Source: Burkholderiaceae bacterium (GTDB lineage: Bacteria; Pseudomonadota; Gammaproteobacteria; Burkholderiales; Burkholderiaceae_C). From it: a stretch of 46,017 nucleotides of DNA. Below, piece after piece: positions 11,003 to 18,485 of this stretch. The DNA is taken from the NCBI GenBank assembly GCA_019745615.1, contig JAIESZ010000110.1, forward strand, positions 1 through 46,017. The letters run 5' to 3'. The notes under the pieces are model-generated. The model ran no database searches. It saw nothing but the letters and a program-made list of their open reading frames with translations, and was not told where the DNA came from. Within the stretch, counting starts at the first letter, position 1. Each line of letters starts with the position of its first letter. Both the position numbers and the translations under genes were made by a program.

Positions 11003-12889
11003 TTAGTTGGTGGGGGCCACAGTGGTGCCGCTGGCTTCGGGCTTCCATATCTGCCCAATCGACACACTCTTGAGCTTTTTCTGGTTGCCGTACCAAAGGT
11101 TGACCAGCCCACGCGAGAAGAACACCGCCGAGAACATGCTGGTCAAAATACCAATGCAATGCACCACAGCAAAGCCGCGCACCGGGCCAGAGCCAAAAGC
11201 CAGCAGCGCCAAGCCCGCAATCAAGGTGGTGACGTTGGAATCCAAAATGGTGGCCCAAGCACGTTCATAACCGGCATGAATCGCCATTTGTGGTGATACA
11301 CCCTCGCGCAGCTCCTCGCGGATGCGCTCGTTAATCAGCACATTGGAATCAATGGCCACACCCAGCGCCAGCGCCATAGCAGCAATGCCGGGCAGGGTTA
11401 GGGTGGCTTGCAGCATGGACAAAATAGCCACCAGCATCAGCACATTGACGGCCAGCGCCACCGTAGAAAACACGCCAAACAGCAGGTAGTACACGCACAT
11501 AAAGGCGGCAATGGCTACCATGCCCCAAACCACCGAGTTGATACCGCGCTCAATGTTGTCAGCGCCCAAGCTGGGGCCAATGGTGTATTCCTCAATGATT
11601 TCCATGGGTGCAGCCAACGAGCCTGCGCGCAGCAGCAATGCGGTGTCGGTGGCCTCTACCGTGCTCATGCTGCCAGAGATTTGCACCCGACCGCCGCCAA
11701 TTTCAGCACGGATCACAGGGGCAGTGACCACTTCGCCCTTGCCCTTTTCAAACAGCACAATGGCCATGCGCTTGCCCACGTTCTCGCGGGTGATGTCCTT
11801 GAAGATGCGTGCGCCCTTGGCGTCCAGCGTCAGGTTTACTGTGGGGTCTTGGTTCTGACCATCAAAGCCGGGCTGGGCATCGGTCAGGTTCTCGCCAGTG
11901 AGCACCACCTGCTTTTTGACGATAACGGGGCGGGCATTGCGGTCAAGGTAGCGCTCAGAACCAAAAGGTACTGGGCCGCTGCCCAACTCGGCAGAACGGG
12001 CCTCAGCGCTTTCATCGACCATGCGCACTTCGAGCGTGGCAGTGCGGCCCAAAATATCTTTGGCCTTGGCGGTGTCTTGCACGCCCGGCAATTGCACCAC
12101 GATGCGGTCTAAGCCTTGCTGCTGAATGACCGGCTCGGCCACACCCAGCTCGTTGATACGGTTGTGCAGCGTAATGATGTTTTGCTTGAGCGCCTGCTCT
12201 TGCACGCGGCGCAGGGCCTCAGGCTTGATGCTGGCCTGCAAGTTGAACTCGCCATTCTGGCGGCTCGGATTGACTTGCAGATCCGTAAACTGGTCGGCAA
12301 TCAGGTTGCGGGCCGCCGTTTGTGTGGCCTCATCGCGCAGCTTGATGCTAATGCTTTGGCCGTCGCGGCTGATACCACTGTGGCGGATGCTCTTGTCACG
12401 CAGGGCAGTGCGAATATCACCCGCGTAAGACTCAGCCTTTTTCAGCAAGGCGGCCTGCATATCTACTTGCAGCATGAAATGCACACCACCGCGCAAGTCC
12501 AGCCCCAAATACATGGGGGCAGCGTGTAAAGAGGTGAGCCAAGCCGGGGAACGTGACACCAAATTCAGCGCCACGATGTACATCGGGTCGGCAGGGTCAG
12601 GCACCAGTGCCTTTTGGATGGCATCTTTGGCCTTAAGCTGAGTGTCAGGGGTGTCAAAGCGCGCCCGCACCGAGGTGCCCTCTAGGCGCAGCAGATCGGG
12701 TTTGACCTCAGCAGCATCCAAGGCGGCCTGCACCCGTGCCAGCACGGCGGCATCGACCTTGACCGTGGCCTTGGCCGATGAGACCTGCACCGCTGGGGCT
12801 TCACCAAAGAAATTGGGCAGGGTATAGAGCATCCCTACCAACAGGGCGACCACTAGGATCGCGTACTTCCAGACCGGGTAACGGTTCAT
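11003..12889 (-). CDS. secD: Protein translocase subunit SecD
   Basis: LGLDLRGGVH, RINELGVAEP, IGPSLG, DSNVLINERIREE. Confidence 0.98.
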   Translation of the reverse strand: MNRYPVWKYAILVVALLVGMLYTLPNFFGEAPAVQVSSAKATVKVDAAVLARVQAALDAAEVKPDLLRLEGTSVRARFDTPDTQLKAKDAIQKALVPDPADPMYIVALNLVSRSPAWLTSLHAAPMYLGLDLRGGVHFMLQVDMQAALLKKAESYAGDIRTALRDKSIRHSGISRDGQSISIKLRDEATQTAARNLIADQFTDLQVNPSRQNGEFNLQASIKPEALRRVQEQALKQNIITLHNRINELGVAEPVIQQQGLDRIVVQLPGVQDTAKAKDILGRTATLEVRMVDESAEARSAELGSGPVPFGSERYLDRNARPVIVKKQVVLTGENLTDAQPGFDGQNQDPTVNLTLDAKGARIFKDITRENVGKRMAIVLFEKGKGEVVTAPVIRAEIGGGRVQISGSMSTVEATDTALLLRAGSLAAPMEIIEEYTIGPSLGADNIERGINSVVWGMVAIAAFMCVYYLLFGVFSTVALAVNVLMLVAILSMLQATLTLPGIAAMALALGVAIDSNVLINERIREELREGVSPQMAIHAGYERAWATILDSNVTTLIAGLALLAFGSGPVRGFAVVHCIGILTSMFSAVFFSRGLVNLWYGNQKKLKSVSIGQIWKPEASGTTVAPTN

Positions 12890-12967
12890 CGCGCTTGCAC
12901 CTCTAGGACAATAGACTCAGCCCGCGCATCCATGCCCAGACTGACAGCAGCCACAGCCAGCCGGGTT

Positions 12968-13303
12968 TTATTTCAGGGTACCCTTGGGCAGCACCTGTGC
13001 CACGGCTACGCGCTGCACTTGGATTTCGACGCCGTTGGCCACTTCAATGTGCAAAATTTGCTCAGACAGGCGCGTGACCTTGCCCAGCAAGCCACCGCCG
13101 ACCACCACCTCGTCGCCCTTGGCCAAGGCATCGACCATTGCGCGGTGCTCTTTTTGGCGCTTCATTTGGGGGCGAATCATGACAAAGTAGAGCACCACAA
13201 ACATCAGCACCAGAGGCAACATGCTTTGCAGCGTGGACATGATGTCGCCACCACCAGCAGCAGCGGCAGGAGCGGTTTGGGCAAAAGCAGAAGAGATGAA
13301 CAC
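12968..13303 (-). CDS. yajC: Preprotein translocase subunit YajC
   Basis: YFVMIRPQMKRQKEH..M...LAKGDEV..GGLLGKV; GTG start; precedes secDF. Confidence 0.95.
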   Translation of the reverse strand: MFISSAFAQTAPAAAAGGGDIMSTLQSMLPLVLMFVVLYFVMIRPQMKRQKEHRAMVDALAKGDEVVVGGGLLGKVTRLSEQILHIEVANGVEIQVQRVAVAQVLPKGTLK

Positions 13304-13426
13304 GGAAACTCCCAGAGAAACCAGAAAATACAGAACTGCCCAGCCCAAGCGCAACCAGACGCCTATCGCGGGGACAAAGGCGCGATTGTATGCGGCAGGC
13401 CATCAGCCCCTACGCCCTGTAGGCTG

Positions 13427-15220
13427 TCAACCTGAACCAAACAGCCAGCCAAAAAAGCGCCGCACCCAGAACCAATAAAACAGGCAGGTCATCAACACCC
13501 AGTAAAACATCCAAACCCAGCGGCTGGGCACCAGCCGCGTGCCATTGCCAGACCAGACCTCCCAGCCACCACCACGCAATAAGGGCTTGCCTGCGGCATC
13601 GAGCACATTGAATTTTTTGACTGAAGGCAGTGAGCGGGCATAAAGCTGATCGACATCACCATCCATCTTGACGATAAGCACCAAGCTCAGGCAATAGCCC
13701 GCCACGCCAATGATGAGAAACTCCCAAAAACCAGTGCTGCCAATGGCAAGCCACAGGCCCATCATGGTGCAAAAAATAGCCACACAAACCCAAGCCAAGT
13801 ACAACCGGGCATAGTTGAACTTCATCTCTTGGGCACATTTGACAATCAAGGTGCGCGACTCTTGGCCGTGGGGCGATTCGTAGGCTTCACTGCCCACGGT
13901 TTGCAAAATATCGCGATTGTTGGCGATACTCACAAAGCGCTGCACCACTTTTTGTGGGGTTTTGTAGTCGATCAGAAATAGCTGGCGGGCATCAATTTGA
14001 TTGCCCACTTTGCGCAGTTCTTCAAAGTCGGACTCGACCAAGTTTTCGACAATGCCACCTTGGGTGAGCCATTTTCGCTCTTTGCCGTAGGCAATGGCTT
14101 TGTATTTTTTACCATTGCAGGCCAGCTCAATCGATTCAATATCAATATGCCCACCATAGACGATTTGCAGCATACGATGGTTGTCTAAGCCACGCCAGCC
14201 CACATACTCTTGCTGCACTACTGAGGTGGCGAGGTTGGCAATTTGGATCGGGTCTTTTTCTAGCTCAAAAATCTTTCTGGCATGCTCAGAAGACTGGGCT
14301 CGCAACTTGGTCTGGTGGTGGATTTTGAGGTCAATGCACGCCTCATACATCAGCCCAGTTTCGTGCGACCCGGCACATTGGGGGCAACTGAGCTTGCCAG
14401 TTTTTTTGCATTTTTCGCAGGGGCAAGCCCCTTTGCCCGCACAACGTTTGCAGGTGACAAAGGCATTGCCCCGACAGGCCAAGCAGGGCACGGTGCCCTT
14501 AACGCACTCGGCATTGGGGCAAGGAATCATCTCCTTGACGGTCTGGTATTTGACCGTTTGCGGCCCGCCCTCTTTGCCGCCACCGCTAAATTCGTAGGGC
14601 ACATCTTTTTCTTGCACTACCTCGCCATTGCCTAGGCAGGTCATGCACATGGTGCGACCTTGGTCACAGCCAGAGGCGCGGCAGGGCAGTTTTTGGTTGC
14701 CGTGGCAATCGGGGCAGACATATTCGCGATTGCCTGAGCACATGTCGCACACCACCTCGCCTTCCTTGTTGCACGTTTGGCATTTTTGCAAACTCCAAAA
14801 GCGCGCGGCGGTGCCAAGGTATGTGCCCTCTTCCAAGTCCAAGGGCAATCCGGGATGGTTTTTGACCTTGTCGTCTAGTCTTTTTTCGGCGTCGGCCTCT
14901 AACTTTTCGATCAACGCCACCATGCCGGTCTGGGCTAGGTCATCAGAAGGGGCTCGGTGGTCTTTAGACTGGGCTTTGAAGTAGCCATTGATCGGCGTCA
15001 CCTTGATGTTCTTGTATAGAACAAAGGAGGCGCTCAGGGTAAAGTCTTGGTGAAATACATTTTGCTGCACTGCCACGACATCGGTGGCCTTGAAGCTGGT
15101 CTTTTCTGCCACCATGCGCTGGATTTCTTGCAGCAAAGGCCCCGCTTGCCCCACAGTGGCAGATGGCGTTGGGGCAGTGGCAAGTTCAGGAGAGGCAGAA
15201 TTTGCAGCAGGCTTGTTCAT
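13427..15220 (-). CDS. Cysteine-rich protein with about 10 DnaJ-type zinc-finger-like repeats and C-terminal TM helices; no J domain
   Basis: CQTCNKEG, CDMCSGNR, CPDCHGNQ, CMTCLGNG, CLACRGNA, CKRCAGKG, CEKCKKTG, CPQCAGSH and two variants; about 3 hydrophobic segments at C-terminus; start uncertain. Confidence 0.7.
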   Translation of the reverse strand: MNKPAANSASPELATAPTPSATVGQAGPLLQEIQRMVAEKTSFKATDVVAVQQNVFHQDFTLSASFVLYKNIKVTPINGYFKAQSKDHRAPSDDLAQTGMVALIEKLEADAEKRLDDKVKNHPGLPLDLEEGTYLGTAARFWSLQKCQTCNKEGEVVCDMCSGNREYVCPDCHGNQKLPCRASGCDQGRTMCMTCLGNGEVVQEKDVPYEFSGGGKEGGPQTVKYQTVKEMIPCPNAECVKGTVPCLACRGNAFVTCKRCAGKGACPCEKCKKTGKLSCPQCAGSHETGLMYEACIDLKIHHQTKLRAQSSEHARKIFELEKDPIQIANLATSVVQQEYVGWRGLDNHRMLQIVYGGHIDIESIELACNGKKYKAIAYGKERKWLTQGGIVENLVESDFEELRKVGNQIDARQLFLIDYKTPQKVVQRFVSIANNRDILQTVGSEAYESPHGQESRTLIVKCAQEMKFNYARLYLAWVCVAIFCTMMGLWLAIGSTGFWEFLIIGVAGYCLSLVLIVKMDGDVDQLYARSLPSVKKFNVLDAAGKPLLRGGGWEVWSGNGTRLVPSRWVWMFYWVLMTCLFYWFWVRRFFGWLFGSG

Positions 15221-15224
15221 GGGG

Positions 15225-15254
15225 GGCGGATTAAAAATGGAAGGTTTCGAACCA
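15225..15254. other. Left att junction (host arm / phage 1 arm)
   Basis: aaatGGAaggtttcgaacca matches the middle junction aaacGGAtgatttcgaccca at 16/20; both are followed by a GCCGGG..CCCGGC-T8 terminator. Confidence 0.7.
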
Positions 15255-15272
15255 AGATGACTAGACCAAAGT

Positions 15273-15296
15273 GCCGGGTTCACCCGGCTTTTTTTT
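15273..15296 (+). terminator. Intrinsic terminator on the phage 1 att arm (would follow the repressor in the circular form)
   Basis: GCCGGG-TTCA-CCCGGC-TTTTTTTT. Confidence 0.8.
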
Positions 15297-15313
15297 GCCT
15301 GTGAGTCGCTCCT

Positions 15314-15625
15314 TCAATGGGCTAACTCGAACGGATGCACCTGAATGTCTGCATCAGGAAACGAGGCAACCAGCTTCAACTCGCCCCCAAGGGCTTTGAC
15401 GTACTCCCTCAGTGTGCTGACATACATGTCGTCCCGGTGCTCCAACTTGGAAACCGTGGCCTGTTCCACACTCATGGCCTTGGCTACTTCCACCTGTGTC
15501 ACCTTGCGGGCTTTGCGCAGCTCTTGGAGTTGCATTTCCACCAGCATGGCCTCAGCGCGTGCAGCAGCACGAGCTTGGGCCTCCGGTGACATTTTGGTGC
15601 GCAATTCGCTGAACTTCTTAGCCAT
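15314..15625 (-). CDS. XRE-family HTH antitoxin (HigA-like)
   Basis: LQELRKARKVTQVEVAKAMSVEQATVSKLE..DMYVSTLREYVKALGGEL; overlaps toxin stop. Confidence 0.9.
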   Translation of the reverse strand: MAKKFSELRTKMSPEAQARAAARAEAMLVEMQLQELRKARKVTQVEVAKAMSVEQATVSKLEHRDDMYVSTLREYVKALGGELKLVASFPDADIQVHPFELAH

Positions 15626-15989
15626 TGATCTGCCCTTCCTTTCTCAAAATTTCGATGTGCGTGTCATACAGCTTGTCAGCTATCGGAACATGAACTTCAT
15701 ACCAGCGGTCATTGCCAGTTTTGTCACCACCTAGCAAGAGGATGGCACTACGGCGCGGGTCAAACGCATAGAGAACCCGATAGGGCCGGCCTTCATGCTG
15801 TACCCGCAATTCACGCATATGAGAGTGCCTTGACCTCTCAATTCCAGACGTATGGGGGAACCCAAGATTCGGCCCCTTCTCTTCCAAGAGCCGAACCGAT
15901 GCATCAATGGATTCCTGTTCAGCTTCGGTCAGGTCAGCCCACCACTCACCAAGCTCATCGGTGTATTCCACTTCCCACTTACCGGACAT
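15618..15989 (-). CDS. RelE/ParE-superfamily toxin (HigB/Gp49-like), toxin-first TA
   Basis: GPNLGFPH..I..SRH.HMRELRV...GRPYRVLYAFDPRR.AILLLGGDK. Confidence 0.9.
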   Translation of the reverse strand: MSGKWEVEYTDELGEWWADLTEAEQESIDASVRLLEEKGPNLGFPHTSGIERSRHSHMRELRVQHEGRPYRVLYAFDPRRSAILLLGGDKTGNDRWYEVHVPIADKLYDTHIEILRKEGQING

Positions 15990-16023
15990 TATTCCCCCTA
16001 ATGAGTATTCCTTCAAGTGCATA
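15990..16023 (-). promoter_or_regulatory. Two tandem imperfect palindromes upstream of the toxin, probable antitoxin operators
   Basis: TATTCC-N6-TGAGTA (15990-16007) and TATTCC-N6-TGCATA (16006-16023), overlapping the RBS. Confidence 0.45.
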
Positions 16024-16039
16024 TTTTGACACCATTAGA

Positions 16040-16618
16040 TCATTTCAAACTGCTAGAGCAGGACTTGGTGACGCGATACACCGACCGCTTGACTACAGAA
16101 ATCGACACCCCATAGCGGGTAGCAAGCCCCTTGAACGTGTGAGCGCCAGACTGGTAGAGCGCTACCAGTTCGGCCTCTTGCATCACAGTCAGAGCGCGAG
16201 GACGACCCGGCATGTGACCCCTATCGCGTGCAGCTTGCTGGCCTGCAATGCTTCGTTCACGAATAATGCCCCGCTCAAATTCAGCGAACGCGCCCAACAT
16301 TTGCATCATCATGCGGCCTGCCGGACTGGACGTGTCTATCGCTTCGGTCAGGCTGCGGAACGTGGCCCCGGCGGCTTCGATCTTGTCAACTATCTTGAGC
16401 AGGTCTATCAAGCTGCGAGCAAAGCGATCCAGTTTGTAAACGAGCACACAATCGCCGCGCTGGAGCCGGGACAGCAAGCGATTGAGTTCACGCCGCGCCC
16501 CGACTGAAGAGGTTTTTTCTTCGACGATGACTGTGGCCCCAGCACGAGTCAGGGCGTCAATTTGCAAGTGGGTATCCTGATGAACTGTAGAAACCCGCGC
16601 ATAACCAAAGATGGCCAT
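16040..16618 (-). CDS. Small serine recombinase (resolvase/invertase family), prophage 1 integrase
   Basis: GYARVST catalytic Ser, YKLDRFARS, GAFAEFER..IRER, GRPR plus C-terminal HTH. Confidence 0.93.
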   Translation of the reverse strand: MAIFGYARVSTVHQDTHLQIDALTRAGATVIVEEKTSSVGARRELNRLLSRLQRGDCVLVYKLDRFARSLIDLLKIVDKIEAAGATFRSLTEAIDTSSPAGRMMMQMLGAFAEFERGIIRERSIAGQQAARDRGHMPGRPRALTVMQEAELVALYQSGAHTFKGLATRYGVSISVVKRSVYRVTKSCSSSLK

Positions 16619-16859
16619 TTTTCTGCTTTCATAGCAGAGCAGCGGGCAAGGCTATGCCGGGGCCATGCCCGATAGATGGAGCCAGCCCCCGCGCCCGTGG
16701 CGGGCAGCAGAGTAGGTTCGAAGGCCAGCAGGGGGCAGGTTTTTCAAAGCGGCGAGGTGATGCCAGCGCTAGAGCAGCACCAGCGCACCGCGCACGGGCA
16801 CCACGGCAAAGCGACGGGCAGGAAAAAGCGGGGTGGTTCAAGAGGGCACAGCGCAACAG

Positions 16860-16954
16860 CATGGTGCAGACGCGGCTTTGACAGTGTGAGCACATCGACG
16901 GGCCAGCACGCGACGACGCCCCAACATCAGGGGCGGTGCCCCCGATACCCCCAA
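16860..16954. repeat. Conserved 95-bp non-coding element, copy 1
   Basis: 91/95 ungapped identity to 25144-25238. Confidence 0.85.
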
Positions 16955-16998
16955 CAGCGCATAAACGTAACGAGTGACGCAAAAAAAGCAGCGCAAAG

Positions 16999-18204
16999 TT
17001 ACGTGGTTTTGCGAGCCATGCCGGGGGTGATTCCGGGGGGCAGCGTGGGATGGGCAGGGGAACTGGGGGGCAATATCTGCGGGGGCCGAGACTCAGCCAG
17101 AGGATTGATGACGCCGGAATTGAGCGGGGGAGATTGCAGCGCTGGAGCAGTGGCAGTAGCCGGGGCCGGTGCCGGAGCTGGTGCAGCAGCTACGGTGTAA
17201 GGGTCAAACGGGGGCGATACGATCCAAGTGCGGCATTGATCGTCTGTCAAACCAGCGGAAGTACCTTGCTGGGTGACACAAACGCAACGGGTAGAGGTGC
17301 ATGCACCACCGGCAATACGGGGCAGATTGATAACCTTGCGAACCTCGTCATAAGCCGGGGCGGTTTCGGGCTGGCCTGAAATGCGGGGGGTGAAATCGGG
17401 CAGCGCTGGTGCAGGAGGGGCTACAGAAGGCACGGCGGGGGGTGGCAAAGGGCTGTCTTTGGGCAAGCTACCAGCAGGGCTAGAAGGGGCCGTTTTTGGG
17501 GCCTGTGTCTGGTCGGGCTTAACTGCCTTGGACATGGATGAAAACAAGGTAGGGGCCAAAGCAATGCCGCCAACGATGGCCAGAATGGGCACAACCACAA
17601 AAACAGGAATCTTCTGTTTTTGCTTGATGTGCATCTCACTGGACTTGTAGAGACTAAACGCCGACTTGGGATAGCTCCACAGGCTTTTCGTGGCCCCTTG
17701 CACGCGGGTGGTGTCAGCCTGACAGCCATCCCAGTCATAGAGCAGGGAACGACCCCCGCCAAACACGCGCCGCACATGAATGTGACGCCCAACAAGCCGC
17801 CGGACGTTCTGATCCAGAAGCATGGGGTTTTGGGTGATGAGGACAAAATCCACGCCCTTGTGGCGGTGGGTTTCGAGGTTTGCAACATAGTCGGGCACCT
17901 TGGCACCCATGCTACGGGGCCGCCAGTAGCGTTGCACCTCGTCAACGACAAGCAAATCGCCGGGTTTGCACCAGTCGTGCCATGTGTTGAGGCCCTGACC
18001 ATCTTCACAGGTCAACAAGCCTTTGTCATCAGGCTTGCACGGGGCCATCAGATGCTTGTCGTATGCGAGCTCGGGGATACCATCGACCACGAGCCGCCGA
18101 GCATCCAGTTCAGCCGGTTTTTCTTTGAGCAGGTCAGGTATGAGCTTGGCAACGGTGTAGAGAGTTTTGCCGCTACCGGGGTTGCCCGTGATGAGATAGA
18201 TCAT
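16999..18204 (-). CDS. Zot-like assembly ATPase (pI)
   Basis: LITGNPGSGKT Walker A, VVDEVQR Walker B, THRHKG.D..LITQ; single TM; Cys-containing periplasmic domain. Confidence 0.95.
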   Translation of the reverse strand: MIYLITGNPGSGKTLYTVAKLIPDLLKEKPAELDARRLVVDGIPELAYDKHLMAPCKPDDKGLLTCEDGQGLNTWHDWCKPGDLLVVDEVQRYWRPRSMGAKVPDYVANLETHRHKGVDFVLITQNPMLLDQNVRRLVGRHIHVRRVFGGGRSLLYDWDGCQADTTRVQGATKSLWSYPKSAFSLYKSSEMHIKQKQKIPVFVVVPILAIVGGIALAPTLFSSMSKAVKPDQTQAPKTAPSSPAGSLPKDSPLPPPAVPSVAPPAPALPDFTPRISGQPETAPAYDEVRKVINLPRIAGGACTSTRCVCVTQQGTSAGLTDDQCRTWIVSPPFDPYTVAAAPAPAPAPATATAPALQSPPLNSGVINPLAESRPPQILPPSSPAHPTLPPGITPGMARKTT

Positions 18205-18485
18205 TTGCCTGTTACCCAGCGTGTAGCAGATGCAGCCGTCCAGACCGCGACACGGGCCGACATGGCCCCCAAAATAAGGCCGATGGCTTGGGGGACACCG
18301 GCAAGGCCAGCAAGGCCCAGCAGATCAGAGGGCAGGCCCGCATAGTTGGTTTTAACGCCTTGGATGAGGAAATCCAAAGATTCGGTAACGCCGGTAAACG
18401 TCAAGATGGAGATGCCGACCATCGTTAAAACACGGATAGCCAACGGGCCGATCATCGACATCAAAAAAGCAGCCAAGGTGGTCAT
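18201..18485 (-). CDS. pVI-like minor coat protein (DUF2523-like)
   Basis: 94 aa hydrophobic protein between pIII and Zot with ATGA overlaps. Confidence 0.8.
   Translation of the reverse strand: MTTLAAFLMSMIGPLAIRVLTMVGISILTFTGVTESLDFLIQGVKTNYAGLPSDLLGLAGLAGVPQAIGLILGAMSARVAVWTAASATRWVTGK

Noticed and set aside
16629-16982. ORFs 16629-16982 and 24898-25257 sharing GGIGGTAPDV..MCSHC
   Set aside because: Similarity is confined to the 95-bp DNA repeat, all changes are non-synonymous and the rest is unalignable; treated as non-coding.
16620-16998. Guide/bridge-like RNA upstream of the recombinase targeting att
   Set aside because: No convincing complementarity to the att arms found by eye in either copy.
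16999-18204. Zot as a virulence toxin
   Set aside because: Context and motifs identify the phage assembly ATPase; no evidence for an enterotoxic domain.
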